From IMG/VR virus record IMGVR_UViG_3300027896_000011, positions 64,001-128,000 of that record: a DNA stretch of 64,000 nt. One strand, written 5' to 3'. The DNA comes from a virus. Shown here in pieces: positions 1 through 10,354 of the stretch. The notes under the pieces are model-generated. The model made no database searches. It was not told where the DNA came from and worked only from the letters and a program-made list of their open reading frames with translations. The stretch's first letter is position 1. Each line of letters begins with the position of its first letter. The position numbers were made by a program, and so were the translations under genes.

Positions 1-31
1 GCACTACTTCTGGAATCGTCGCCTGTTATCC

Positions 32-487
32 ATGACAGAGTGGGTAGAATTTATGGACCATAAACCTGGTTCATACGCTCGTATCACTACCATTATAGCC
101 TCCCCAGACGTACAAGATATGGTGGTGCCTTGGTTGTCAGGAATGACAGGACCACCATCTAGTATCAATACAGGCGTCGTTGCTCGCCGTATGCGAGATG
201 TGGCCTTTCTAAAGGTTCTTGAGATTGAAAAGCAACCTGCTAGTATTATCCATTCTAAGATGATGAAGAACTATATGGATGTTATTACGGCTGCAGAAAA
301 TGAAATGCGCCAGAGTGATGTAGCTCTGAAAGAGGTTCTACAAGCTTTCGAAAAGTTCAGAATGAAGAAAACTGTAGGAAAAATTCCATCTATAGAAATG
401 CTAGCAGGTGTAAACTACAGTCATTCTGGGTCTGGAACAGACCAGACATTAATAGCCGATGCAATGCTGGAGGACAAAGATGACTGA
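32..487 (+). CDS. Hypothetical phage protein upstream of terminase (may be 5'-truncated by the window edge)
   Basis: ORF track; no recognisable motif. Confidence 0.5.
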   Translation: MTEWVEFMDHKPGSYARITTIIASPDVQDMVVPWLSGMTGPPSSINTGVVARRMRDVAFLKVLEIEKQPASIIHSKMMKNYMDVITAAENEMRQSDVALKEVLQAFEKFRMKKTVGKIPSIEMLAGVNYSHSGSGTDQTLIADAMLEDKDD

Positions 488-992
488 GGTCGTACCGTTT
501 TCTGCTACTGAAGAAGAGCACAGTACCATAGATACCCTACCCGTAGATACTATAACTGTAGATAGCCTATTAGCAGCTATTCCTAAGTTTAAAGATGTAG
601 TAAGGGGTAATCTGTTAGTACAATGGGCAATTCTTCCTGTTCGGGGGGAAGAAAAGGTATTAACATATCACATCTATAAATTAGACCGAAAAAACATATT
701 CGATGCTGCTGAGAAAGCGTTACAAGATACTAAATGTGCAGAAGATAAGCACACTATATCTATAGAAGCTAATGCTGCTTTAGAAGAGGTGCCTTGGTGG
801 TCTGGATTTGAAGAAAATTTACAGCAAGCGCTTAATGATCATTTTAAAACAATTACAGGTAGGTACGGGTATTATTTAGAGGTAGATAGTTGGTCTGTCT
901 CTATAAATATTACTGATATGTTTCTTGCTGTGTGGCCTGAGTCATTCATTGAAGCCTTTGTAGATAGGTTAAAGGCTAAAATTGAAGGCTAA
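459..992 (+). CDS. Hypothetical protein (probable start at ATG 480)
   Basis: ORF; GGAGG just upstream of the ATG at 480. Confidence 0.55.
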   Translation: MQCWRTKMTEVVPFSATEEEHSTIDTLPVDTITVDSLLAAIPKFKDVVRGNLLVQWAILPVRGEEKVLTYHIYKLDRKNIFDAAEKALQDTKCAEDKHTISIEANAALEEVPWWSGFEENLQQALNDHFKTITGRYGYYLEVDSWSVSINITDMFLAVWPESFIEAFVDRLKAKIEG

Positions 993-1145
993 GTTGAAAC
1001 CGGCTAACGCCGGTCAACCAACTTTGATTAAGGGTCTGTATGCGAACAACACATAACAGACCCTACCAAGTTGGCAGAGTGACAAATTGAGATTAAGATC
1101 TCCCTTTTGTCACAATACTTATACCACAATGTGGTAAGATTTTAC

Positions 1146-4100
1146 ATGGCTACGATCCGAATAGATGAAGCTGATGTCTTGAATAGTGCGAGAGCCATTC
1201 CTCTTTCGCATACTATGGATGGTTCAGATATCCCCTCTTTTGATTACAATGAGGCAGGAGAGGCACAGGATTTTGGTTTAGACTTAGAGCCGGAAGATAT
1301 TGAAGAAGAGGAGTACAATGCCTCTAGTGCTCTAATAGGAGTTTCCCCTTCTGAGTTTGCGGAAACAATAATAAGAGTGCCGGAAGCAGGAAGAGTTTCA
1401 GATTTTTCTTTTGAAGGTCGTGAGTACTTAAGACAAATATACGATACTCCTGCTGATAAAGTATTGCTGCAATGCGGCAGACAAATTGAGAAGTGCTGTC
1501 ATGTAGCAAGTAAGATATCTATGGAGGATGGTAGTGTAAAGAAGCTAGAAGATATTGTGTTGGGAGATAGGGTTATTGGACTAGCTCTAGACAAATCTCA
1601 TACTGACGTCGGAACAGTAATTTGGAAGTCCGAAAAGATTACTAAATTTTGTGTAAAGATCAAAACGAGGCAAGGGCATGTTACTATAGTTGCGTTAAGC
1701 CACCCTATGCGTGGGTGGAATAATTGGTCGCTAACTGGTAGTCTTTCTGAACAAGAACACTTAGCTGTCGTACGTAAAGCTGGATGGTTTACGGCCACTA
1801 CAAACTTTTCGGATAGGGAAGTAATATTAGCTGCGTACATGGTGGCAGAAGGCTATATGCCGGAAGAAAATATTTGTACATTTACGCAGAAAGAAGGGCC
1901 GGTATTGCAAGAGTTTTTGTCATTAGTAGAAGGGGACGATTACAGTACTAATGAAAGAAAGCCTGGGCTTTGGCATATTAGATTTAATGCTAAATCACAA
2001 GTATTGGCTCTCATTAAAAAAATTGGTATCTGGGCAGAGCTTTCTGCTAATAAGCATGTTCCTGATTTTGTGTGGGGGTTAGATCAAAGGCAAACTGCTC
2101 TATTTATTAATCGATTATGGGCAGGAGATGGGCATGCGAGTTTGCAAGAATCTTGTTACCATTTAGAGTACGATTCTATATCTGAACTTTTAATTAAAGA
2201 TGTACAACGGTTATTGTGGAAATTTGGTATACCATCTAGTACTCATAGATGGAAACCTACACTTTATAAAAATACTGATAAGTGGGCATATAAACTTCGT
2301 ATAGAAACTCAAGATGGGGCTATTCGTTTTATCCAGGATATAGGAGCTCTTGGAAAAACAGAGGATATTCCTATTATTGATGTAGATACAAATTCAAATA
2401 GAGATGTTTACCCAATAGGTATTGTGGAGGACATATCCACTATTCACAGGTCTAGGAGTGGTTATCAGCGTAGAGGACAATACGTACCACAACCTTCTTT
2501 ACGTTCTGCCGGACTTAGAGAGAAACCAAGATTCTTGCTAAGTAGGGATAAGTTACGGCAGTATGTAGATTTCTTCAGGTCTGATGATCGATTTGATCAA
2601 GTAAAAACAGAGCAATTAGCACGGCATTTAGATACTGATTTGTATTGGGATGAGATAGTAAGTATAGAGGAAGTGGGCGAACAAGATTGTTACGATATTA
2701 CTGTAGAAGGTACAGATAGTTTTGTAGCTGATGGGTTTATCACACATAACTCGACTACACTTGGTAATAGACTTCTTTGTTACGCAGCACTGATTAGTAA
2801 TTTTAGGTCTATATACGTAGCTCCTTCTGCGGAACAGGCAAAGGTGTTTTCAAATGATCGTATTAAAGACGTCATTGATGCCTCACCTATGCTGCGGTCC
2901 TATACCTCTTCCAAAATCAATCAAGCAGTCTTCTTTAAAAAGTTTATTAACTACTCTCAAATTAGGCTTAGATATGCGTATTTAACTGCCGATAGGGTGC
3001 GTGGAATTCCTGCTGACATGGTATTGATTGATGAGCTTCAAGACATATTAGTGGATAATATTCCTGTTATTGAACAATGTGCATTCCACTCTTCTTATAA
3101 GATTTTTCTTTATTCCGGCACACCTAAATCTGTAGATAACACTATTGCTCATTATTGGAGTGACTTCTCTACGCAGAATGAGTGGATTGTTCCTTGTGAA
3201 CGACATGGGTTACCTAATGACTCTAGTACTTGGCATTGGAATATATTGACGGAAAGAAATATAGGATCTGTGGGATTAATCTGTGACAAGTGTGGTGAGA
3301 CTATTAGTGCTAAGCATCCTTTAGCACAGTGGGCGTCTATGAACCCAATGACGGAAGATAATAGAGATAAGGTAACATTTGAGGGGTATAGGATTCCTCA
3401 GATTATGGTGCCCTGGGTAGATTGGGAGGAAATCACTATTGCGCAAGAGCAATACTCACGTTCTCAATTTATGAATGAGAAACTGGGTATGTCTTATGAT
3501 TCCGGCGTACGTCCTATTACCCGTGCGCAGATACAGGCTATTTGTAGACCTGAGCTCGAGATGGGGGATATAGAGCAATTTAAGCGTTTATCTCAAGGCA
3601 GGGCTATATATGCTGGAATCGATTGGGGTGCAGGAGCAAACTCCTCATACACACATATTTCGTTTGGGGGGTATTTAGGGTCTGGCAACTTTACGATCTT
3701 TTGGTGTCATAGATTCACCGGACAAGATGTAGATCCTGAAAATCAAATGGAATTGATCACTCAGATGCTCTCTCAACTACAGGTACGTATTATTGGAGTA
3801 GACTACGGTGGTGGTTTCTATCCCAATGATAAGTTGATTAAACGCTTTGGTGCTCATAAGGTAATGAAGTATCAATATAATCCAAGGCAAAAAAAGAAGA
3901 TATACTGGGAGCCTAATTTAAAGCGATGGATGACGCATAGGACTGAGATCATGAGCGACCTGTTTAACGCTATGAAAGCAAAGAAAATAGATTTGCCTAG
4001 GTGGGAAGATTATAAAGAACCACACGCATCTGATGTACTTAATATCTTTATTGAGTATAATGACCGGTTAAGAATAAATGAGTATAAGAAACCACCGGGG

Positions 4101-4223
4101 AAGACAGATGATGCATTCCATTCACATCTACTCTGTCTGTTAGCTTCTTGTTTAGAGCATCCACGTCCTGATATCTTTACACCTATGCAAGATACCGGAT
4201 TAGTAGAAAACTATGATGGCTAA
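1146..4223 (+). CDS. terL: Terminase large subunit (GpA-like ATPase plus RNase H-fold nuclease) with intein
   Basis: Walker A-like CGRQIEK/ST split by an intein; Walker B VLIDELQD; motif III YSGTP; nuclease YAGIDWG and C-terminal DDAFHS. Confidence 0.9.
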   Translation: MATIRIDEADVLNSARAIPLSHTMDGSDIPSFDYNEAGEAQDFGLDLEPEDIEEEEYNASSALIGVSPSEFAETIIRVPEAGRVSDFSFEGREYLRQIYDTPADKVLLQCGRQIEKCCHVASKISMEDGSVKKLEDIVLGDRVIGLALDKSHTDVGTVIWKSEKITKFCVKIKTRQGHVTIVALSHPMRGWNNWSLTGSLSEQEHLAVVRKAGWFTATTNFSDREVILAAYMVAEGYMPEENICTFTQKEGPVLQEFLSLVEGDDYSTNERKPGLWHIRFNAKSQVLALIKKIGIWAELSANKHVPDFVWGLDQRQTALFINRLWAGDGHASLQESCYHLEYDSISELLIKDVQRLLWKFGIPSSTHRWKPTLYKNTDKWAYKLRIETQDGAIRFIQDIGALGKTEDIPIIDVDTNSNRDVYPIGIVEDISTIHRSRSGYQRRGQYVPQPSLRSAGLREKPRFLLSRDKLRQYVDFFRSDDRFDQVKTEQLARHLDTDLYWDEIVSIEEVGEQDCYDITVEGTDSFVADGFITHNSTTLGNRLLCYAALISNFRSIYVAPSAEQAKVFSNDRIKDVIDASPMLRSYTSSKINQAVFFKKFINYSQIRLRYAYLTADRVRGIPADMVLIDELQDILVDNIPVIEQCAFHSSYKIFLYSGTPKSVDNTIAHYWSDFSTQNEWIVPCERHGLPNDSSTWHWNILTERNIGSVGLICDKCGETISAKHPLAQWASMNPMTEDNRDKVTFEGYRIPQIMVPWVDWEEITIAQEQYSRSQFMNEKLGMSYDSGVRPITRAQIQAICRPELEMGDIEQFKRLSQGRAIYAGIDWGAGANSSYTHISFGGYLGSGNFTIFWCHRFTGQDVDPENQMELITQMLSQLQVRIIGVDYGGGFYPNDKLIKRFGAHKVMKYQYNPRQKKKIYWEPNLKRWMTHRTEIMSDLFNAMKAKKIDLPRWEDYKEPHASDVLNIFIEYNDRLRINEYKKPPGKTDDAFHSHLLCLLASCLEHPRPDIFTPMQDTGLVENYDG
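1494..2750 (+). mobile_element. Intein with LAGLIDADG homing endonuclease in terL
   Basis: Begins Cys (CCHVASKI), ends CYDITVEGTDSFVADGFITHN followed by Ser; LAAYMVAEG and FINRLWAGDG endonuclease motifs. Confidence 0.92.
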
Positions 4224-4290
4224 AGAAAACTCCCGGAATTGGGTAGTTTTCTAAGAGGATTGGTTCAGGCTCCTCTCATGCCTGGTGGGA

Positions 4291-4605
4291 CTACTTACAG
4301 CAAGTGAACCCTGCTGGAACTCCTGCGGTACCAAAGACATACTTATCCAGGAGTAGATAACCAGCTACTCCCACTGCTGGGGCGGCAATCACCTGAAGGC
4401 TACCCTCCACGAGGGAGCCCTCCTTTATCCGGCCCAAGCCGCTGCCGATGCCGAGTTCGTACCAAGGCCTAGTTTTTCGGTAGCCGAGGGCATTCATGTT
4501 TGTATTGAACTCCTCAGCTTTCTTTTTGGCTGCAACTGCAGCCTGGACTGTGCTCTCAACATCAGCGGGGATATCTTCACTCTTAGCGGTCTTCTCAGTT
4601 GCCAT
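4291..4605 (-). CDS. Small hypothetical protein with a C-terminal hydrophobic helix; inverted cassette with its own promoter and terminator
   Basis: AGGAG RBS, GGTATAAG motif at 4677-4684 (-), hairpin/U-tract about 4225-4252 (-). Confidence 0.6.
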   Translation of the reverse strand: MATEKTAKSEDIPADVESTVQAAVAAKKKAEEFNTNMNALGYRKTRPWYELGIGSGLGRIKEGSLVEGSLQVIAAPAVGVAGYLLLDKYVFGTAGVPAGFTCCK

Positions 4606-4786
4606 GTGGTTCTCCTAATTGTAAGGAAACGGCATCTCGGAATGAGATGCAAATTATCGTTTCCTCTGTCAATATACTTATACCCCCCTACACCCCGTTT
4701 TTTCACTATTTAGGGGGTATTTGGGGTAGGAGAACGGTTTATAGCCTTTATAAGGGTATTTTGGGAACGGTCGGTCGGGTTTACCC

Positions 4787-5317
4787 CTATTTTAGCTCCG
4801 CTAATAGATTGTTATCCTTAAGGATTACCTTACCTTTGGCGGTTAAAGAATCAGGGTATTTACGGCACATAATTACCGCCGCATCTCTAAGATTCTTTCT
4901 GCCTTTATTTAACGTGGCAAATAACTGTTGAATGGCAGGATTTTCTCCTAGGTGTTTGTCTTGACGAACTTGGGTCATCATTTTAGTGCATAGAAGGAAA
5001 AATGGTTCCCAAGTGTGATCAAAGTGTACTATTGGCTGTAATCTAGTAAATTCATACTCAGAGAACTGTATGAAGTAGTTAGACCATCTTTCTATTACTT
5101 CTAGGTCTACAGCCCTCTGCATGATCGCTAACATATGCACCGCTTCCTTATATATCGTTAAAAGTTCGGCATCAGTAGCATTACGAAAAGCAGATAAGTC
5201 TAGGCCGTTAACCCGGATAAGGAAGGCAATTTGCTTCTCGAGATTTGTTATACGAGCATCAGTTAATCTATGTAGATGCTCTTCATCCTGCTTGCTTCCC
5301 ACGTCAATGTGCTTCAT
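4787..5317 (-). CDS. Hypothetical protein
   Basis: 176-aa ORF divergent from the head operon. Confidence 0.55.
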   Translation of the reverse strand: MKHIDVGSKQDEEHLHRLTDARITNLEKQIAFLIRVNGLDLSAFRNATDAELLTIYKEAVHMLAIMQRAVDLEVIERWSNYFIQFSEYEFTRLQPIVHFDHTWEPFFLLCTKMMTQVRQDKHLGENPAIQQLFATLNKGRKNLRDAAVIMCRKYPDSLTAKGKVILKDNNLLAELK

Positions 5318-5351
5318 GTTATCTCTAGATTATCAATGAGTTTTGATTTTC

Positions 5352-5385
5352 AAGAGTTGACATAATGCGGTCAACTCTTTATCCT
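5352..5385 (+). promoter_or_regulatory. Sigma70-like promoter for the head operon, overlapped by a 10-bp inverted repeat
   Basis: TTGACA(5357-62)-17 nt-TATCCT(5380-85); AAGAGTTGAC-N8-GTCAACTCTT (5352-5379). Confidence 0.6.
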
Positions 5386-5404
5386 ACCTACAAAGGGGAA
5401 TTCC

Positions 5405-6346
5405 ATGAGTGATGCACCAGGAGCGCTTCCGCTTGGTCTGTCCTTACAGCGAGCTGCAAAATCAATAGACCCAGAACAACTCGAGCTAATGGGTAAAAAG
5501 GCTGCCGCGTTATACAGGGATAGTGGGTGTAACCTTTCAGAAGCCGTAGTAGAGACGGTCAAAGAAGCTTGCTTATCCCCGGAACAGGTAAAAAGGGTGT
5601 GTGAGTTTGCAAACACTAGTGCATACCTTGCGGAGTTTGAGAAAGCTGGAGAAATGAAAAATGTAACATTTACAGGTGGTCCTGCAGACCCTGGATACGT
5701 ATTAAAAGATTTAAATGATGGAGGTAACCCATCGTTAAATACTATCAGCTCTGATGACTATACCGCTCCTGTAAAATCTTACAAGACTGCTTCTATGGGT
5801 ATGAGTAAGATAGCAGAGGCTTTTGGAGTCATTGATGATGGAACTAAAACTGCGTCGGCTGTAAGCCGTACCAGAGACCATGCAACTCACTTCAATCCCA
5901 TTGAAGATGTTAATGACCTACGTATAACACTAGAACGGGCTAGAGAAGAATCTATCAGTAAACTCTCTTCTGCGAAAATCCTGTATGATGACGTGACTAA
6001 AGATTTATGCCACACAGTGGCACAAGCCGTGGAATCTGGTACCTCTATGGGGGACATTAGTAGAGCCTGGAGTGGGTATACTAATGATGTACGTTTTCTT
6101 AAAGAGGCTACTGTACACGTAACCAAGCATTTAAAGAGCCGGGGACATACAAAAGAAGCATTGTCCTCATCTTTTGATAAAACGGCTAATATGGGTAGTT
6201 TACCGAATCCATCGCATCCTTTAGTAGCTGGGTATGTGGCTTTCCTTAAAGTAGCGCAGGCCCATAGAATACTGAAGACATCTATAGACGTGCTAGATGA
6301 GCGCCTAGCAGAAGTAAATGCTAAGCTGCATCAAATGGCAATGTAA
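5405..6346 (+). CDS. Putative virion/head protein with K-x-A motifs
   Basis: First gene of the head operon; KEA, KTAS (x2) and KTAN motifs. Confidence 0.55.
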   Translation: MSDAPGALPLGLSLQRAAKSIDPEQLELMGKKAAALYRDSGCNLSEAVVETVKEACLSPEQVKRVCEFANTSAYLAEFEKAGEMKNVTFTGGPADPGYVLKDLNDGGNPSLNTISSDDYTAPVKSYKTASMGMSKIAEAFGVIDDGTKTASAVSRTRDHATHFNPIEDVNDLRITLERAREESISKLSSAKILYDDVTKDLCHTVAQAVESGTSMGDISRAWSGYTNDVRFLKEATVHVTKHLKSRGHTKEALSSSFDKTANMGSLPNPSHPLVAGYVAFLKVAQAHRILKTSIDVLDERLAEVNAKLHQMAM

Positions 6347-6357
6347 GGAGATGCAAG

Positions 6358-6684
6358 ATGACCCCGTCTAGATATACAGCTGTAGCTTCAATTATGCGTA
6401 CTAAGGTTGCCGGAGAGATAGCAGACGCAGCTAAGAAAATGACTATAGGTGAGATGGCTGGCTCTGCGCGTAGAGGAGTAGGTCATGTTTGGGATGCAAT
6501 CAATGCTGGTGCTCAAGCCACTGCTAAACACCTAGAGGCTAAGAAGGCTCCTAAGTTCGTTTCTGGTCTTATACATGCTGCACCAACTGTTGGTGCAGCG
6601 TACTTAGGCTATAAAGGCCTTCAAGGGCTTTCTAATTGGAACACTAACCGCATTATGCGGAATCAAGTGCAGGGGGGATACTAA
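6358..6684 (+). CDS. Small putative virion protein with a hydrophobic helix
   Basis: TAAGGAG RBS; KVAG motif; Gly/Ala-rich helix. Confidence 0.55.
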   Translation: MTPSRYTAVASIMRTKVAGEIADAAKKMTIGEMAGSARRGVGHVWDAINAGAQATAKHLEAKKAPKFVSGLIHAAPTVGAAYLGYKGLQGLSNWNTNRIMRNQVQGGY

Positions 6685-7316
6685 TGAACCCTGTAGAAGA
6701 GTTTCTAGAAGTTGCTACTCCAAAAGAGAAGACTGCCGCTCCTCTTAAAGCCTTGTGGCAAGGCATGAAGTTCCAAAATCTCGAGGATATATTAGCGAAG
6801 GGCGCTAAGGCTACCTCTTCTGAGAATTTTGCACACACACTAGGACAACAGTTAACAGCTGGTGGTGCGATAGGGGCAATGACATTAGGTGGCGAGGCTG
6901 CTTTCCGTGGGGTAAGACAGCTTGTAGATATGGGGGTAGATAAGTGGAGAAAGCCTATAGAATATAAAGCAATGCTTAATGCTCATCCAGAACTGCGGGA
7001 AGAAGATGCATCTAAAGTACAGGCATTGTATAACTCACTAAGACACATGTCTCCTCATATGGCAAAGGACCCGGTGATAGCTGGTTCTTTTGTACGTACG
7101 TTATTGACCCAAGGTAGTGAGGGCAGTGTGGCTATGCCCATGGATACAGCAAAGCTGTTGGCGGATACACAAAGTAAGGTAGTAGGCTCTCATAGGATGG
7201 AACCGTCCCAGTTTTCAGCGTATGTAGCTCATGGTGTTCCTGGAGAAATGCAATATCGACAGCAACGAAAAGATAAGTTAGAAGATAAAGCGCAAGAAAA
7301 TTTTGATAAAGGGTAG
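6684..7316 (+). CDS. Putative virion protein
   Basis: Translationally coupled; EKTAA motif; GGAIGA hydrophobic segment. Confidence 0.55.
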   Translation: MNPVEEFLEVATPKEKTAAPLKALWQGMKFQNLEDILAKGAKATSSENFAHTLGQQLTAGGAIGAMTLGGEAAFRGVRQLVDMGVDKWRKPIEYKAMLNAHPELREEDASKVQALYNSLRHMSPHMAKDPVIAGSFVRTLLTQGSEGSVAMPMDTAKLLADTQSKVVGSHRMEPSQFSAYVAHGVPGEMQYRQQRKDKLEDKAQENFDKG

Positions 7317-7320
7317 TTAG

Positions 7321-10275
7321 GTGATCATTAAGGTTTGTCAGTTTCAGGCACGTCGGCAAGACGGGGAAAGGCTAGTAGAGGTCTTTCAACCGGGGGAGAT
7401 GGAGAAGGCTGCGTCTTTTTTTAGTATGGGAAAGACTGCAGCCCCTTTACTTTCTCCGGTTAAGCAATTGCTCGAGACTATACGGCCAAATCCACAAAAG
7501 ATTGTACTGCTTGTAAATGCACTAGGTGCTAGTGAATATTGGTCTAGTAATATTAATGGAGATGCATTTCCAGAAGCATCTTTGATCCATAAAGGTCCAG
7601 CGTATGGATATGAGACTTTCCGCACCGCAGGCATCTACACACACCATAAGAACAAGAATATAAACGAAAGTATTGGAACAATATTACTTTCGACTTGGCA
7701 CGATTTGATGAAACGTGTTGAGCTTGTTGTGGAGATAGATAGAAGTAAAGCAGCTCAATTTGGTGCCACTAGTGTTTGTGATAAGGTAGATCAAGGAATA
7801 TACTGCGATGTGTCAATGGGCTGTAGCCCTCCTGGGACTAGAATATATAATGATTTGGGGCAAACTATTGAGATAGAACGTGTGCAGATAGGGGACGCTG
7901 TAATATCACATACAGGGAAGGTGCAACACGTATCTAAACTTATGACACGTAAATATAAGGGTACTCTTTATACTTTTAATGTTTACGGATTTCGAAGAAC
8001 ACTTAGTCTTACTGATGAACATCCATTATGGTTAGTTGATGAGGCGCAGCTTAAATGTAATCCGTCTATAGAACAGGATAATAAGAGCAGACGACAAAGG
8101 CATTGTACGCCTTTTGTACAGAGTAAATCTAAAGGATGTTCAGGTTGTATGGTAGTTCCTACTTATCAATTTGAATGGAGGCGAGCTGATGAGGTTAATG
8201 TAGGAGATTATTTAGCTTTTCCAGTTCTTGAGGGGTGTAGTAATGTTATTTCATCTATAGATGAGGCTAGATTTTTAGGGTTTTATTTAGCTGAAGGACA
8301 TGTAGGCAATTACAATGATAGGCCATTAGAACAGATAACTTTCTCATTAAATTTTCTAGAAAAAGACCTTGCTAATGAGATAGAGCAGTTAGGGCGTAAA
8401 TTAGGGGCAAAGGTAAGTTGGCAGCACGAAGTGCCTGAACGTGGTGGACGATATGTAACCATAGTTAACAAGGATTTAGCCGATAAGTGTCTACAGTTTT
8501 GTGGCTCTGGAGCTAAGACAAAAGTAGTTTCTAAGGAAGTACTTTTGCTCCCTGCTGAACGGCAATTAGCTTTCTTAGGTGCTTATTTAGATGGGGATGG
8601 CGGAGTGTATAAAGGGTCTATTTATTTTTCTACTGCATCAGAACGTTTGTCTGAACAACTGTTCACTATGCTTGCTCGTTGCGAAATCATTGCGTCAATA
8701 AATAAAATAGAACATCGTCCTTCTGAGAAGTCAGTAGTGCGTAAAGATACTGTGGAGTACCAAGTATGGGTGGGTACAGATTATTCAGTTGCTCTTCAGC
8801 CATATACGCATAAGACAGGCATATATGTATCTAGTAAGGTGAGGGGACAGCGATTTTTTTATGACCATGAGGGTGCGACATATTTGATGGCCCCAATACT
8901 GGAAATAGAAGAATCTGTTTATGACGGCGATGTATTTAATTTTTCGGTTGAGGGCGATGATAGTTATGTGGCTGAGGGGTTGGCCGTACATAATTGCAAA
9001 GTCCCGTTTGATACTTGTAGTATTTGCCTTGATCTGTCAAAGTATGAAGAAGCTAAGACTACTTTTGATCCGTCTATACATAAGAGTCCTGGAGAAGCTA
9101 TTTTAATTGCGCATAAGAAAAATCCTATTCGTGGTGTTTCAATTACTAGAAATGACTATTGTGCTCATTTACGTAAACAATTAAATAAGATTCTTCCTGA
9201 CGGGCGTAAAGTGTGCGCTATCAATGACTATCCAAGATTCTTTGATATCTCTTTTGTGTTTATTGGTGCGGATAAGACAGCCAAGGTAATGGCTAAATTA
9301 GCTTCTAACTCTTTCTCCGGTGAAACAATTCCTTCCTGGCAAGTGGCAGAAGAAGATGGTTATACGGAGATGCCCATGGAAAAGGCAGCTTCTGTAGGTA
9401 CATTACTTCCACGAGTTAAGTCTGCTGCTGAGATCAAATCTGGAGAAATAGAGAAGGATGTTATACCGTCACAATTTGGTTCTAAAGCTATACCAGCTAA
9501 AGACGACATCCCTAATGATATTTTGGATACTTTGGGTGGACGAGATTTAAGTGAAGCTCTCTCTACACCTACTATGATGGGTATGTTTCTACGCCCACGT
9601 GAGTTCCAGCGTATAACAATTATCAGTATGGGGAATAAACCTTTAGCTGATGAATTGGATAATAAAGGTATTGTGTTCCCTCATACAGATGAAGATGAAT
9701 CTCCTGCAGATATGGGGTCTGGTCATTTTAGCGATGTGATTAAAAAGCTATTGATGCCCTTTTTAGAGGGGCGTAGCGCATTAGAGCCAGTAGCTAAGAG
9801 AAGAATGGTTAAGATTACTATTATGGGCAGCCCCAAAGATGAGGCCCCTTTATTGAAGACCTCTTCTCATCCATTTATGCAGAAATTATCTGCTGCATAT
9901 AATGGATATCTTCGCAATGCAATAGGGTGTTTAAGTGATGTTCCTGATCTAGTAGAGGCAGACCCCTATTTGTGGTCCGCTGTTCACAATAGAAGTGTAG
10001 GCGATATCTTTTTTAAGACTGCAGAAGTTAGTGCTCCACATGTGTTAGGTGCAGCTATTGCTGCTGAAGCTATTTCTGTAATGGCTAGGCGGGATATAAA
10101 ACGTAAGGAAATGCAGGGGGAACAGGCCGGATTAATAGAAGATCTGATTGCCACCCACCCCCACGTCCTGGCATCATTAGCCGCACTAGGTGTTTTACAC
10201 GCAGAAGGTTCTTCCCTTCCGAAAGATTTACTAGCAAAATTGACCAGTATAGGTAAGAGTGTGATTTCTCGGTGA
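7321..10275 (+). CDS. Prohead (capsid maturation) protease, HK97/assemblin-like, with intein and long C-terminal extension
   Basis: His motif IYTHHKN, Ser motif DVSMG/C, FFDISFVFIGADKTA resembling the E-I-S-x-V..PA..A motif of HK97-type proteases; located in the head operon. Confidence 0.7.
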   Translation: MIIKVCQFQARRQDGERLVEVFQPGEMEKAASFFSMGKTAAPLLSPVKQLLETIRPNPQKIVLLVNALGASEYWSSNINGDAFPEASLIHKGPAYGYETFRTAGIYTHHKNKNINESIGTILLSTWHDLMKRVELVVEIDRSKAAQFGATSVCDKVDQGIYCDVSMGCSPPGTRIYNDLGQTIEIERVQIGDAVISHTGKVQHVSKLMTRKYKGTLYTFNVYGFRRTLSLTDEHPLWLVDEAQLKCNPSIEQDNKSRRQRHCTPFVQSKSKGCSGCMVVPTYQFEWRRADEVNVGDYLAFPVLEGCSNVISSIDEARFLGFYLAEGHVGNYNDRPLEQITFSLNFLEKDLANEIEQLGRKLGAKVSWQHEVPERGGRYVTIVNKDLADKCLQFCGSGAKTKVVSKEVLLLPAERQLAFLGAYLDGDGGVYKGSIYFSTASERLSEQLFTMLARCEIIASINKIEHRPSEKSVVRKDTVEYQVWVGTDYSVALQPYTHKTGIYVSSKVRGQRFFYDHEGATYLMAPILEIEESVYDGDVFNFSVEGDDSYVAEGLAVHNCKVPFDTCSICLDLSKYEEAKTTFDPSIHKSPGEAILIAHKKNPIRGVSITRNDYCAHLRKQLNKILPDGRKVCAINDYPRFFDISFVFIGADKTAKVMAKLASNSFSGETIPSWQVAEEDGYTEMPMEKAASVGTLLPRVKSAAEIKSGEIEKDVIPSQFGSKAIPAKDDIPNDILDTLGGRDLSEALSTPTMMGMFLRPREFQRITIISMGNKPLADELDNKGIVFPHTDEDESPADMGSGHFSDVIKKLLMPFLEGRSALEPVAKRRMVKITIMGSPKDEAPLLKTSSHPFMQKLSAAYNGYLRNAIGCLSDVPDLVEADPYLWSAVHNRSVGDIFFKTAEVSAPHVLGAAIAAEAISVMARRDIKRKEMQGEQAGLIEDLIATHPHVLASLAALGVLHAEGSSLPKDLLAKLTSIGKSVISR
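7822..8994 (+). mobile_element. Intein with LAGLIDADG endonuclease in the prohead protease
   Basis: Starts CSPPGTRI; LTDEHPL block B; FLGFYLAEG and FLGAYLDGDG; ends VFNFSVEGDDSYVAEGLAVHN followed by Cys. Confidence 0.92.
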
Positions 10276-10354
10276 GGTTAGAGGCTTCGTACCTCGAGGA
10301 AACAAGATCACCGACAAGCGAAACCAAAACAAACCGAGTATTAGGAGATTCCAC

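Noticed and set aside
4224-7320. Portal gene next to the terminase
   Set aside because: No ORF of portal size or character is recognisable here; the portal is probably outside the window.
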